Assembly: GCA_035571835.1 (NCBI GenBank)
Contig: DATNBU010000041.1
Location: 11,955-75,954, forward strand
Length of the DNA stretch: 64,000 bases
Reading direction: 5' to 3'
DNA from: Candidatus Limnocylindrales bacterium
GTDB taxonomy: Bacteria; Desulfobacterota; Binatia; UBA1149; CAITLU01
A program made the translations under genes and the position numbers. Each line of letters begins with the position of its first letter. Positions within the stretch are counted from its first letter, which is position 1. The notes beneath the pieces were generated by a model. It saw nothing but the letters and a program-made list of their open reading frames with translations, was not told where the DNA came from and ran no database searches. Positions 46,607 to 55,697 of the stretch are shown in pieces.

Positions 46607-46660
46607 CATCAGGCGTCGATCTCAGCGCCCGCCTGGTAGCCGATCGACCCGCGGCGACTG

Positions 46661-49600
46661 TCAGGGCAATCGCAAACTGTAGACGTGCGTGCCGTCCGCC
46701 ACCGGCACCCGCGCACCGACCGAACCGATCATCGCACCGTCCTGCAGGCACAGCCGCACACCGTCCTCGTAAATCGCCGTGCCTGCCGGGAACACCCCGA
46801 ACAGATCCACGGTGGTCGCGCCGTCGGAGACGGTCTCCAGCACGAGCTCGGTGCCGGCGACGAGCCCCGCGCGAGCGACATCGACCTGCACCGATCGCAG
46901 GTTGGTCAGTGTAAGGCGCAGAACGTTCTCGGGAAGAATCGCTGCCGGCGCCGACCAGCTGCGACTGTATTCGGTGTATGCGAGCGGGCCGAGGTTGCCA
47001 CCGGTCAGCGTACCGGGAGCGCTCGACTGCGCAGAAACCACCGGATCGGCGACACCGAAGGCCAGGCTGTACGCGTCGACCGTGCCCTTGGCCGACTTGC
47101 TGCCGCTCGTCGTCGGCGTTCCTTCGGCGTCACGCAGCGTAAGACCCGAGACCCAGTACGCGTGGTCGTGCACCAGCGTCAGGTCGGCTCGATCGCTTTC
47201 GGGAACGTACGTGAAGGTCACGTGCGCAGGGTCGGGGTCGATCAGGGCAGTTCCGAGGAAATCCTTCGCACGCGGATAGGCATCGTTGACGAAGAGCGTC
47301 AGGTGCTCACCGCTGGTGAATTCCTGGAAGGTGTAGCGGTAGCCGAGACCATCGAAGCTCTGTGCCTCGCCGGTCTCGTCGACGCCGCCGATGTTCTGCT
47401 GGCGCGTGCCGGCAACGGGAACCAGCTCGTCGGTCTCCATGGCCATGTTGAAGAACGGCACGTTACGCACGTTCTCCAGCCAGTAGTTGGTGAGCGTCGA
47501 ATAATCGTCGCCCTTGCTCGAGCTGATGCTGGCGCCACCCGTGCCGCGCCAGATGCCCGCGCCCGGCGGGCCGACGATACTGTAGGCCCTGCCGAACAGG
47601 TCAGGATAGAGCGTGGCCATGCGGTACGTGGCATAGCCGCCCATCGAATAGCCGGTCATCGCGACGCGATTCGGATCGACGTTGTAGTGGCGCAGCACGT
47701 CGTTCCAGACCTCGAAGTGGTCGTATTCATTGCGGCCGACGTAGAAGCCGTCGGTCGCTCGCGAATTCGGCGTGACGACAAGGCTGTCGCGCTTCTCGCC
47801 GATCTCCTGGACGTAGTCGGTACCGTTGTACTGCCAGTGGAACTGGGCCAGCGAGTGATTGGCCCAGGTCAGCGCTGCGGGCGCGGCGGCGTCGTACGCG
47901 GTCGGAACATAAATACTGTAGGACTGCAGCGCGCCGTAGAAGTAGACCGTGTCGTTGGCGGGAACATCGGGCAGTGCATTGCTGCGGCCCTCTGCCGGCG
48001 TCGTCACAAGACGGCTCGGGAAAATCCGCACGAGCGTTCCGCTGTCGGGCACGCTGGTCGAGTCGGCGTGCGCCGCGAGCCGGTCGAAATCGACGGCGCG
48101 AGCGTACTTGGCCAGCGCCGGCGCGCCGCCATTGACCCCGCGCAGGTCGATGGCCTGCACCATGTCGCAGGGACCGTCGAGGAAGTGGCAGATCTCGCCA
48201 GTCTTGCCCGACTGACCGTCGGCGATCGCGTAGTGGTTGTTGATGTCGAAGACCGCGCACGGATTCGGAGCGGCAAATGCGGCGCCTCCGGGCGTTGTCG
48301 TGTTGGCAGTGGTCGTCGGCCGCACCCAGGCCATGGAGCCGTTGCGCAGGCCGGTCATCACGACGTACTTCCACGACGTGCCGGTCGGATTGTGAATGCT
48401 GCGCGGCACGAAGGTCGTCATCTGGTTGGCTTCCAGGTCGACTGTCACTGCCAGTGGTGTCGTCGCGGCGACCGTGCCGTTGCTGTTGTATTTCACGTGC
48501 TCGCCGCCAGTGCCCCACAGGTACAGGACCTCGTCGGTGCCTTGCACGGTAACCCCGGGGTTTCGGGAGAGCGTCGAGGTGCCGGTGTTACTGCTGTCGC
48601 TGTTCCACGCGATCGCGACCATCGTCGTGTCGTCGGCCAGCAGCGTGTTCAGCGTGATCCGGTAAGCGACGTCGGCAGGGCCGGGTGCGATGCGCAGCTC
48701 GACCAGGTCGGCGGCGTTGTTGCCGTAGCGCGCGACATCGGTCGGATAGGTGATGTCGCCGGTATGATAGTTGGCGGCATCCGGCGTGCCGGTGCCGGAA
48801 GACGGGCTGCTCACGAAGCTCGTCGTGTACGGGCCGCCGCTGGTCTCGGCGCCGAAGTCGTCATCGACATAATCCTGGTAGAGGTATTCTCCGCCGGCGT
48901 AGGCTTCGTGACCGGCGACGAGCAGCGGCGCTGCGCTGAAGCGCGCGTCTCTGTTCTGCAGCTGCGGAAGATCGGGCGCATCCTCGTACATCACGGCCGG
49001 GCCCGCAGGCGGACCGGCACTGAGCGCGAGCGTCGGCTCGTCGTTGATGCACCCTGCGACCACCGGATCGAACGCTGCGGTCACGTTCCTGGCGGCGTCC
49101 ATCGAGACGATGCAAACGCCCGAGCCGCTGCAATCGCCGCTCCAGCCGGTAAAGGTGAATCCATCTGCCGGCGCTGCATCGAGCGTAACGACGGTCTGGT
49201 CCTGGTAGTCTTCGCTGCAGTCGGCGCCGCAGTCGATTCCGGCAGGAAGCGAGGACACCGTACCGCTGCCGAGGCGCGTGACGCTGAGGCGATGGAAAGG
49301 AATCGGCGTAAAGATCGCCGTGACCTGCCGGTCGCCGTCCATCGTGACGACGCAGGCAGCGCTGCCCGTGCAGTCGCCGTCCCAGCTGTCGAAGTCGTAG
49401 CCGTCTGCTGGCGTGGCTGTCAGTGCGACTTCGGTCCCACCCTCATAGCTCTCGTTGCAGTCGGTGCCGCAATCGATGCCGGCAGGTGACGAGACGACGG
49501 TGCCGTCGCCCGAGGTGTTCACCGAAAGCTCGTGGATCGGCACCGGACAACCGCTTGCCGTCGGGTTCTTGATCGACCACTTCGAAGCGCTGTCGGAGGT

Positions 49601-50140
49601 GATCGTGCCACCGGCGACATCGCCGAAGGCGATGCAGTAACTGGTCGCGCCGGGGATCGTCAGAATGAAGCCCCCGTCGCTGCCGGGATTGGGTGGTACG
49701 ATGTCGACCGGGCCGTTCTCGTCGTTGATGCGGACTTTGATCTGGAAGACGCCGCTGCTGCTCTTGGCGATGCTGGCGCCAACGACCGCAGTGCCGAGGC
49801 CCGCTCCGGAGAACTTGAAGCCGCTCGTACCGTTGGCCTTCCAGCCGGCGGCGGGCAGGTCGAAGGACTGGTCGCTTGCGGTGGCGCCGTTGACGACGAC
49901 TTCCAGCGTGGCGCCGGAAACTGTCGGATCGCCCACGATCGTCGCGGAGCTACCGCGTTCGCGGGCCATCGCGCGCAGCATCCGGTCGCCAGGCTGATCA
50001 CCGGTCAGGCTGATCTGGAGCTTCTTGCCGAGGACGGCCTGCGTGGCTTCGGTTGGCGGATAGGCTCGCCCGTCGGTCGCGATGCACAACGAAAAGAGCA
50101 ATGGGGCGAGGAAAATCGCCGGGTTGCGAGTCTGCGACAT
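46661..50140 (-). CDS. large secreted alpha/beta-hydrolase (esterase/depolymerase-like, GYSMGG nucleophile motif) with two tandem ~80-aa InlB-B-repeat-like domains
   Basis: Signal peptide MSQTRNPAIFLAPLLFSLCIATDG. Two repeats of the form H(E/R)LSV...GSGTVSS.PAGIDCG.DC...Y...T.V.L.A.PADG..F..W.GDC.GS..C.V.MD..R.VTA.F. The alpha/beta-hydrolase core has GYSMGGYATY. Confidence 0.8.
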   Translation of the reverse strand: MSQTRNPAIFLAPLLFSLCIATDGRAYPPTEATQAVLGKKLQISLTGDQPGDRMLRAMARERGSSATIVGDPTVSGATLEVVVNGATASDQSFDLPAAGWKANGTSGFKFSGAGLGTAVVGASIAKSSSGVFQIKVRINDENGPVDIVPPNPGSDGGFILTIPGATSYCIAFGDVAGGTITSDSASKWSIKNPTASGCPVPIHELSVNTSGDGTVVSSPAGIDCGTDCNESYEGGTEVALTATPADGYDFDSWDGDCTGSAACVVTMDGDRQVTAIFTPIPFHRLSVTRLGSGTVSSLPAGIDCGADCSEDYQDQTVVTLDAAPADGFTFTGWSGDCSGSGVCIVSMDAARNVTAAFDPVVAGCINDEPTLALSAGPPAGPAVMYEDAPDLPQLQNRDARFSAAPLLVAGHEAYAGGEYLYQDYVDDDFGAETSGGPYTTSFVSSPSSGTGTPDAANYHTGDITYPTDVARYGNNAADLVELRIAPGPADVAYRITLNTLLADDTTMVAIAWNSDSSNTGTSTLSRNPGVTVQGTDEVLYLWGTGGEHVKYNSNGTVAATTPLAVTVDLEANQMTTFVPRSIHNPTGTSWKYVVMTGLRNGSMAWVRPTTTANTTTPGGAAFAAPNPCAVFDINNHYAIADGQSGKTGEICHFLDGPCDMVQAIDLRGVNGGAPALAKYARAVDFDRLAAHADSTSVPDSGTLVRIFPSRLVTTPAEGRSNALPDVPANDTVYFYGALQSYSIYVPTAYDAAAPAALTWANHSLAQFHWQYNGTDYVQEIGEKRDSLVVTPNSRATDGFYVGRNEYDHFEVWNDVLRHYNVDPNRVAMTGYSMGGYATYRMATLYPDLFGRAYSIVGPPGAGIWRGTGGASISSSKGDDYSTLTNYWLENVRNVPFFNMAMETDELVPVAGTRQQNIGGVDETGEAQSFDGLGYRYTFQEFTSGEHLTLFVNDAYPRAKDFLGTALIDPDPAHVTFTYVPESDRADLTLVHDHAYWVSGLTLRDAEGTPTTSGSKSAKGTVDAYSLAFGVADPVVSAQSSAPGTLTGGNLGPLAYTEYSRSWSAPAAILPENVLRLTLTNLRSVQVDVARAGLVAGTELVLETVSDGATTVDLFGVFPAGTAIYEDGVRLCLQDGAMIGSVGARVPVADGTHVYSLRLP

Positions 50141-50324
50141 GGGTCGGTCCCTCCACGGGCCGGCCCGCGGCGGCCGGCCCCATCCGCAGAGTGGAACAGT
50201 TTGGGCTTACTAACAATGATGTTCGTACGGGTCCAGGTCGAATTCCGGGCCGATCACCGCTCCCGATACCGGGCAGGTCCGATTCGATGTCGCGCCGCAT
50301 CAGTTCCACGCGGCAATGTCTGCT

Positions 50325-51194
50325 CTACAGCTGCGCCGCGCGTGTACGGGCGAGCAGGATCGCGCCGTCGAGCGCATCGCCGAGCGGCTCTCGAAGGCGC
50401 GCCCTGATGCTGGGCGCGAGCCAGTCGCGAAGGTACGGCGCGACGCCGCCCATCAGGCAGCAATGCGGAGCGCCGCGTTCGAGCATCGTGCGGATCACCG
50501 CTCCGATCCGCTGCGCAGCTTCCTGCACGATCAGCTCGCCCGTCGCATCGCCTTGATTCGCGTGCTGCATCACCATCGGTGCAAAGGCTGCATAGTCGCG
50601 CGGAGTCGCGCGCGCGGTCCAGTCGACGATCTCGCCTGCCGATCCGTGGAAGTGATCGAGCAGCTCGCGCGTAAGCGGCGTGTGCGAAATGCGTCCGTCG
50701 CGCGCCCACAGCGCGCGGCGGATTGCGCGCAGGCCGAGCTCGGCGCCGCTGCCTTCGTCGGACACCGCAAATCCATACCCGCCGATCGTGAAGATCTCGT
50801 CGTCGACGCGGGCGAAGCCGATGCTCCCGGTTCCGACGACGACGATCGCACCATCCTGCCCGGCATGCGCGCCGAGATTGGCAATCGCCGCATCACTTGC
50901 GAACGCGGTAGACTTGAAAGGAAACGGATGCGCCTTGAGTCCGTCGAGAACGCCGCGCCGGTTGAGCCCGGCGATGCCGATGCCCGCGTGAATCGACGAG
51001 AGCTCGCCGTCCGCAATTCCTGCCTGGTCGATCGCGTGGCCGTAGGCTTCCTCGATCACGTTGAGTGCGTGCGGCAGTCCGGCCGGCGTATTGGCGGCGC
51101 CGGTTTCACCGGCGCCGAGGACTTCGCCGTCATCCGATACCAGCCGTGCGCGCGTATGGGTGCCGCCGGCGTCTATCCCGAGGTACAACGGCAT
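50325..51194 (-). CDS. N-acetylglucosamine kinase (BadF/BadG/BcrA/BcrD ATPase family)
   Basis: LGIDAGGTHTR ATPase motif and ...VVGTGSIG...GGYGF.. actin-fold motifs. Confidence 0.75.
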   Translation of the reverse strand: MPLYLGIDAGGTHTRARLVSDDGEVLGAGETGAANTPAGLPHALNVIEEAYGHAIDQAGIADGELSSIHAGIGIAGLNRRGVLDGLKAHPFPFKSTAFASDAAIANLGAHAGQDGAIVVVGTGSIGFARVDDEIFTIGGYGFAVSDEGSGAELGLRAIRRALWARDGRISHTPLTRELLDHFHGSAGEIVDWTARATPRDYAAFAPMVMQHANQGDATGELIVQEAAQRIGAVIRTMLERGAPHCCLMGGVAPYLRDWLAPSIRARLREPLGDALDGAILLARTRAAQL

Positions 51195-51256
51195 CTCTGC
51201 TCGGATAGCGTGAGCAACGGTGATAGCAAGGCAACCTTCACTGGGGAGACGCTGAC

Positions 51257-52147
51257 TTGCCGACCGAAGATATCAGCGCGCGATTTGCCGATCTCGATCT
51301 GTGGACGACCGGTGACGCGGTGCACGCGATGGTCGAAGACCAGCTCGCCGCTGTTGCAGCCGTGCAGTCGCAGGCCGCAAGGATCGTCGAAGCGGCCGAA
51401 CAGGCAGCAATCCGCCTCAGCGGCGCCGAAGGGCGGCTCATCTACGTCGGTGCGGGCACGTCCGGGCGCATTGCGGTGCAGGACGGAGTGGAGCTCGGGC
51501 CTACCTTTGATTGGGACCGCGTGGCGTATCTGCTGGCCGGAGGTTGGGATGCGCTGCGCTCGAGCGTCGAAGGCGCGGAAGATGACGCAGAGGCTGCCGA
51601 CGCGGCGATGCGCAATCTTGCACCGACCTCGCACGATGTGGTGATCGGCGTCGCTGCCAGCGGGCGCACCGCCTATACACTCGCCGCTGTTCGAACGGCG
51701 GCAGCCGCAGGCGCATTGACTGTCGGGCTTGCGAACAACGCGGGCACGCCGCTACTCGAAGCGGTCGATCATCCGATCCTGCTCGACACGGGCGCTGAGG
51801 TCATTGGCGGCTCGACGCGGATGAAGGCCGGAACGGCGCAGAAGATCGCGCTCAATCTTTTTTCGACTGCGGTGATGCTGCGACTCGGGCGGGCCGACAT
51901 GGGTCTGATGATCGATATGCGGCTGTCGAACCGAAAGCTGCGCGATCGTGCGGTGAGGATCGTCGCGCGGGCGGCCGGTGTCGAAGATCCGGTTGCCGCG
52001 GACGCTCTCGAAAAGGCGGGCAGCAACATCAAGCTGGCCGTGCTGATTGCTCATGGCCGAAGCCGCGACGAAGGCTCGGCATTGCTGCGGGCCGCGGGCG
52101 GGAAACTCCGTGCGGCGATCGAGCAGGCGAAGTCGCAACAACGCTGA
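51257..52147 (+). CDS. murQ: N-acetylmuramic acid 6-phosphate etherase
   Basis: YVGAGTSGRIA and GGSTRMKAGTAQKIALN are characteristic MurQ SIS-fold motifs. TTG start. Confidence 0.8.
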   Translation: MPTEDISARFADLDLWTTGDAVHAMVEDQLAAVAAVQSQAARIVEAAEQAAIRLSGAEGRLIYVGAGTSGRIAVQDGVELGPTFDWDRVAYLLAGGWDALRSSVEGAEDDAEAADAAMRNLAPTSHDVVIGVAASGRTAYTLAAVRTAAAAGALTVGLANNAGTPLLEAVDHPILLDTGAEVIGGSTRMKAGTAQKIALNLFSTAVMLRLGRADMGLMIDMRLSNRKLRDRAVRIVARAAGVEDPVAADALEKAGSNIKLAVLIAHGRSRDEGSALLRAAGGKLRAAIEQAKSQQR

Positions 52148-52264
52148 CGCGAGATCGCGCGAACCAGCACTCCTCGTCGCGGTGGCACGAGTCTGCAAGC
52201 GTCGCTTCAAATAAATCGCGCCGCTGACGTCATTCCTCGCCGCACTGGCGGTCTCTGTCGCGCG

Positions 52265-53023
52265 CTATGGAATGGTGGTCGTTGTAATGCCCGGCATTGT
52301 CGTCGTGGTAATGCTCGTCGTGGTTATCCTCGGCTCCGTGGTCGTGGTTATTCCCGGCACGGTGGTGGTGGTGATCCCCGGCATCGTGGTTGTGGTTATC
52401 CCCGGCATCGTGGTTGTGGTTATCCCTGGCACCGTCGTTGTGGTGATCGACGACGGCTCGCAGAGGTCTGCGCAGACGCCGGAAGCACCGCAACACGTGT
52501 TGATGATGCAGACCTGACCTGAGCCGCAGTCCTGGCTGTCGGTGCATGGAAACAAGCAGAGGCTGTTGAAGACGCACTCCCCACAGGTCGTCTCCGTGGT
52601 CTGGTTCCGATAACACCCGAGCTCCGGATTGCACAGCGGCGATGAGCCGCAGGTCGCGTCCGAGCAAGGAATCGTCGTCGTGGTGATGCTGATGGTGGTG
52701 GTCGTCGTCGGCGGCGGCAACGTTGTCGTCACGGTCACGCACTGATTCTCGATGCAAAGGTCCCCTGGCCCGCATACTCCGCAATCGATCGGTGTACCGC
52801 AGCCGTTGCTCGCGCTGCCGCACTGCAGTCCTTGCTGCGCACAGCTTTGCGCGCCGCAGCAGGTTCCGAGTCTGTCGGACGGGTTCCGTTTCAAGCACAG
52901 GTTGCTGCTGCAGACTCTGTCGACGGCGCAGGTCGCACCACCTGGTCTCCCCGCAGGGCCGGCAACACCCACGGTTGCACACAAAATGATCATCAGCAGC
53001 GAAGCCGTTGTTGCTGTCTTCAT
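52265..53023 (-). CDS. secreted Cys-rich / Thr-rich repeat protein (TTTT-x-PGI tandem repeats)
   Basis: Signal peptide MKTATTASLLMIILCATVGVAG. Cys-rich module CCGAQSCAQQGLQCGSASNGCGTPIDCGVCGPGDLCIENQC followed by Thr-rich repeats. Confidence 0.7.
   Translation of the reverse strand: MKTATTASLLMIILCATVGVAGPAGRPGGATCAVDRVCSSNLCLKRNPSDRLGTCCGAQSCAQQGLQCGSASNGCGTPIDCGVCGPGDLCIENQCVTVTTTLPPPTTTTTISITTTTIPCSDATCGSSPLCNPELGCYRNQTTETTCGECVFNSLCLFPCTDSQDCGSGQVCIINTCCGASGVCADLCEPSSITTTTVPGITTTTMPGITTTTMPGITTTTVPGITTTTEPRITTTSITTTTMPGITTTTIP
52270..52460. repeat. tandem ~27-nt DNA repeats (CCCCGGCATCGTGGTTGTGGTTATC-like) encoding the TTTTxPGI peptide repeats on the minus strand
   Basis: At least six near-identical adjacent units read in the sequence. 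Confidence 0.8.
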
Positions 53024-53190
53024 GGAACCCCCTGCGACGGAAGATTTGAGTAAGAGCGAAATTCTTCACCCTTGTGACTGAGGCTCACTCGCACAGTTTC
53101 ACGGCTCAGGAAGTCCGACAAGATCTTTGGGAAATATGATTCTGACGTCTCGTGCGAATCGCTGCACACGCTTGGTGCGCGAGATCATCC

Positions 53191-53264
53191 GACACGAGAG
53201 CTGCGACACGAGAGCTGCCGACACGAGAGCTGCCGACACGAGAGTTGCCGACACGAGAGCTGCG
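53191..53264. repeat. 5 x ~15-nt tandem repeat GACACGAGAGCTGCC in a divergent intergenic region
   Basis: gacacgagagctgc / gacacgagagctgcc x2 / gacacgagagttgcc / gacacgagagctgcg, read directly between the starts at 53023 (-) and 53582 (+). Confidence 0.8.
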
Positions 53265-53581
53265 CCATTCGGGTGATATTTGCTGCGGGCCGCGGGCGGG
53301 ATCGTCGCGAGCGATCGATCGGGGGAAGCCGGAATGACCGTACAACCACCGGAGGCCCGGACAAGGCAATCATTCGCGCCAAAAGTTTTTACGACGCGGG
53401 CGCGTCACGCGCTGGATCAGAAGGGCAGGCTGGACCAACCCTCATCGAGCCAAAGATAAAAGACAGTGACGCTACACAAGCCCGTTGGCCTCGCTTTTCG
53501 GCCATCGTCCCTGCAAAATCCTGCGACGTGTGCCGCAGCGGAAGAATGCCGCGGCGTAGCAGGGGCGAGGAGGAGTTCCCC

Positions 53582-54109
53582 ATGAGCATGAGAGCAATCG
53601 TCGGCATCACGTTTCTGCTGACTGTGTCGTTCGTCCTTCCCGACAGCGCGATTGCCCGCGGCAAGCCGAACGGCGCGATGTGCCACGTGAGCAAGAGCTG
53701 CAGCAGCGGCGTCTGCACGCGCATTCATCCCGAGGACAAGTTCGGGGAATGCTGTGCGCCGCAGGATTGCGCCGAGCTCGGGCGTCAATGCGGATCCGGC
53801 ACGGACAATTGCGGACGTCCGCTCGACTGCAGCGAATGCGGACCCGGCTTCACCTGCGTGAACTTCCAGTGCGAGTCGGGCACGACGACCACGACGACGA
53901 CGACGTCCACGACAAGCTCGACGACTTCCAGCACGAGCTCGACGACGTCTTCGACGAGCACCTCGAGCACGTCGTCGACGACGACGACGTCAACCACATC
54001 GACGACGATGCCGCCGGTGTGCGCATTCCCGGGCCAGGACTGCACCATTATGCCGTGCTGCTTCGGCGGCTGCGTTTCGCTCGAGGGACAGATGACTTGT
54101 GCGTTCTGA
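53582..54109 (+). CDS. secreted Cys-rich / Ser-Thr-rich protein, paralogous module to 52265..53023
   Basis: RBS GGAGGAG precedes signal peptide MSMRAIVGITFLLTVSFVLP. CCAPQDCAELGRQCGSGTDNCGRPLDCSECGPGFTCVNFQC aligns with the Cys module of the upstream divergent gene and is followed by a poly-S/T linker. Confidence 0.7.
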   Translation: MSMRAIVGITFLLTVSFVLPDSAIARGKPNGAMCHVSKSCSSGVCTRIHPEDKFGECCAPQDCAELGRQCGSGTDNCGRPLDCSECGPGFTCVNFQCESGTTTTTTTTSTTSSTTSSTSSTTSSTSTSSTSSTTTTSTTSTTMPPVCAFPGQDCTIMPCCFGGCVSLEGQMTCAF

Positions 54110-54156
54110 GCCTTGGCGGATGCTGAAGCTCATCAGCCTTATCCAGGGATCCCGAA

Positions 54157-54771
54157 GTGCAGCTCAGCCGGCCAGATAGCCGGCTGAGCTCGCACGCGAG
54201 TCGCGGAGTTGCCCGCTGGGCTCCGCCCGTTCTGTTCGTCGCAGTTGCGATCGTGCATCTTCACCAGACCCTTACCGCCGATCTCAATCCGTGGTTCGGC
54301 GGCGGGTTCGCAATGTTCTCTACGACGTACCGGCCATGGCCCCAGGCGTTGTCGATCGAAGCGGACGATGCCTCGGGCAAGCACTATCTCTCGAGCTGGA
54401 TCCCGCAGCGTTTCGGCGCGACGGGACTTTTCGCTCGCGAGAGGCTTCTGGCCCAGCCGGACCGCGAGTCTCTTACGTCGCTTGCAGAGTACGCGCTGCG
54501 ATCCTCGCGCCGCGGCGGCGCGGCACCGCGGCAGGCTCTCGCTGCCGTCGAGAACGCTGGCCTTCTCGAGCGGGTTCGCTTTCGAGACGCGGATGCCGGC
54601 GCGATCGCGAAGATCGAACCTTTGATGACGGGCCCGGATGCCCGCGCATCGTCCGACCTCGTGCTCGTGCATGCGCGCGCACGTGTGTGGAGGCTTGCTT
54701 TCGACGGCAGAGAGGCGCGCTTCACGGCGATGCCGATCGGAGAGGCCGGCGAGGCAGACCTCGCGAGGTGA
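54157..54771 (+). CDS. hypothetical protein with N-terminal membrane anchor
   Basis: 204-aa ORF. Its stop overlaps the GTG start of the next gene (GTGA). Confidence 0.45.
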   Translation: MQLSRPDSRLSSHASRGVARWAPPVLFVAVAIVHLHQTLTADLNPWFGGGFAMFSTTYRPWPQALSIEADDASGKHYLSSWIPQRFGATGLFARERLLAQPDRESLTSLAEYALRSSRRGGAAPRQALAAVENAGLLERVRFRDADAGAIAKIEPLMTGPDARASSDLVLVHARARVWRLAFDGREARFTAMPIGEAGEADLAR

Positions 54772-55682
54772 ACGCTCCGTCCGCGGTCTCCGCCGTTGCG
54801 GACGATTTGCTCGCGCAGCCGCACGGGCGAACGACACTGCGCCTGACGGCCCTGTTCCTGCTCGCGACGACGCGCATCTTCTTCGCATGGCATCCGATCA
54901 GTCTTCTCGCCGCGGTAATGGCGGTGCTGATGCTGCTGAGCCCGCGCGTTCTCGTGAGCCGCTGGGCCTGGGCCGTCGTCGTGGCTGCCGTCGGTTACGG
55001 CCTGGTTGCCCGCTGGCCGGCGTCCGAGAACAACCGGTTTCTCGACTTCTACTGGCTGCTCGCGTGCTGTCTCGCCGTCGGCTTCCCGGATGACGAAGCC
55101 GAGAGCCTGCTCGCCCGCCACGGCCGCCTGCTGATCGGCCTTACGTTTGCGCTCGCTGCGACGCAGAAGGCTCTGCGTGGCGAATACTGGGACGGCGCCT
55201 TCATGCACGGGCTGATCCTGTGGGACGAGCGCTTCCGCAGCGTCGCGATGACTCTCGGAGGTCTCGACGCGAAGGATCTGCTCGCGAACACTCAGCTGAA
55301 GAATGCGCTCACCGCAATGCCGTCGGCCGTCGAGAGTGTCACGCTCATCACGAGCGACAGGCTGCGTGCGGTCGCCTTGGTGCTCGGCTACTTCGTTCTT
55401 ACTCTCGAGGCCGCAGTAGGATTGTCGTTTCTGCTGCCGCGTCCGCGCTGGTTCGCGCGCTACCGGCACTATCTGCTCTTTCTGTTCGTGCTGCCGACGT
55501 ACCTGCTGGCGCAGGTGTCGCACTTCGGAATCGTCCTGGCCGTCATGGGTTTCGCGCAGTGCCCGGCCGAACGGCGCAGGCTTCGGCTCGCGTACGTGCT
55601 GGTGTTCGTGTTCCTGTGCTTTGCGGATTTTACCGGGCCGCTGCTCGTCGGCTCATTCTTTGGCGGACGCGTCGCGGGATAG
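54768..55682 (+). CDS. polytopic membrane protein, hypothetical
   Basis: The downstream, strongly hydrophobic part of ORF 54291..55682, translationally coupled to 54157..54771. The upstream part of the long ORF overlaps that gene in another frame and was rejected. Confidence 0.5.
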   Translation: MNAPSAVSAVADDLLAQPHGRTTLRLTALFLLATTRIFFAWHPISLLAAVMAVLMLLSPRVLVSRWAWAVVVAAVGYGLVARWPASENNRFLDFYWLLACCLAVGFPDDEAESLLARHGRLLIGLTFALAATQKALRGEYWDGAFMHGLILWDERFRSVAMTLGGLDAKDLLANTQLKNALTAMPSAVESVTLITSDRLRAVALVLGYFVLTLEAAVGLSFLLPRPRWFARYRHYLLFLFVLPTYLLAQVSHFGIVLAVMGFAQCPAERRRLRLAYVLVFVFLCFADFTGPLLVGSFFGGRVAG

Positions 55683-55697
55683 CCCGCGGCGATCGTC

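Noticed and set aside
50155-50190. GC-rich palindrome GGGCCGGCC-CGCGGC-GGCCGGCCC as an intrinsic terminator
   Set aside because: No U-tract on either strand. It may still form a structure, but the evidence for a terminator is weak.
52270-53264. CRISPR array
   Set aside because: The tandem repeats here are either coding (27-nt units encoding TTTTxPGI) or a 15-nt spacer-less array. There are no repeat-spacer alternations of CRISPR size and no cas genes.
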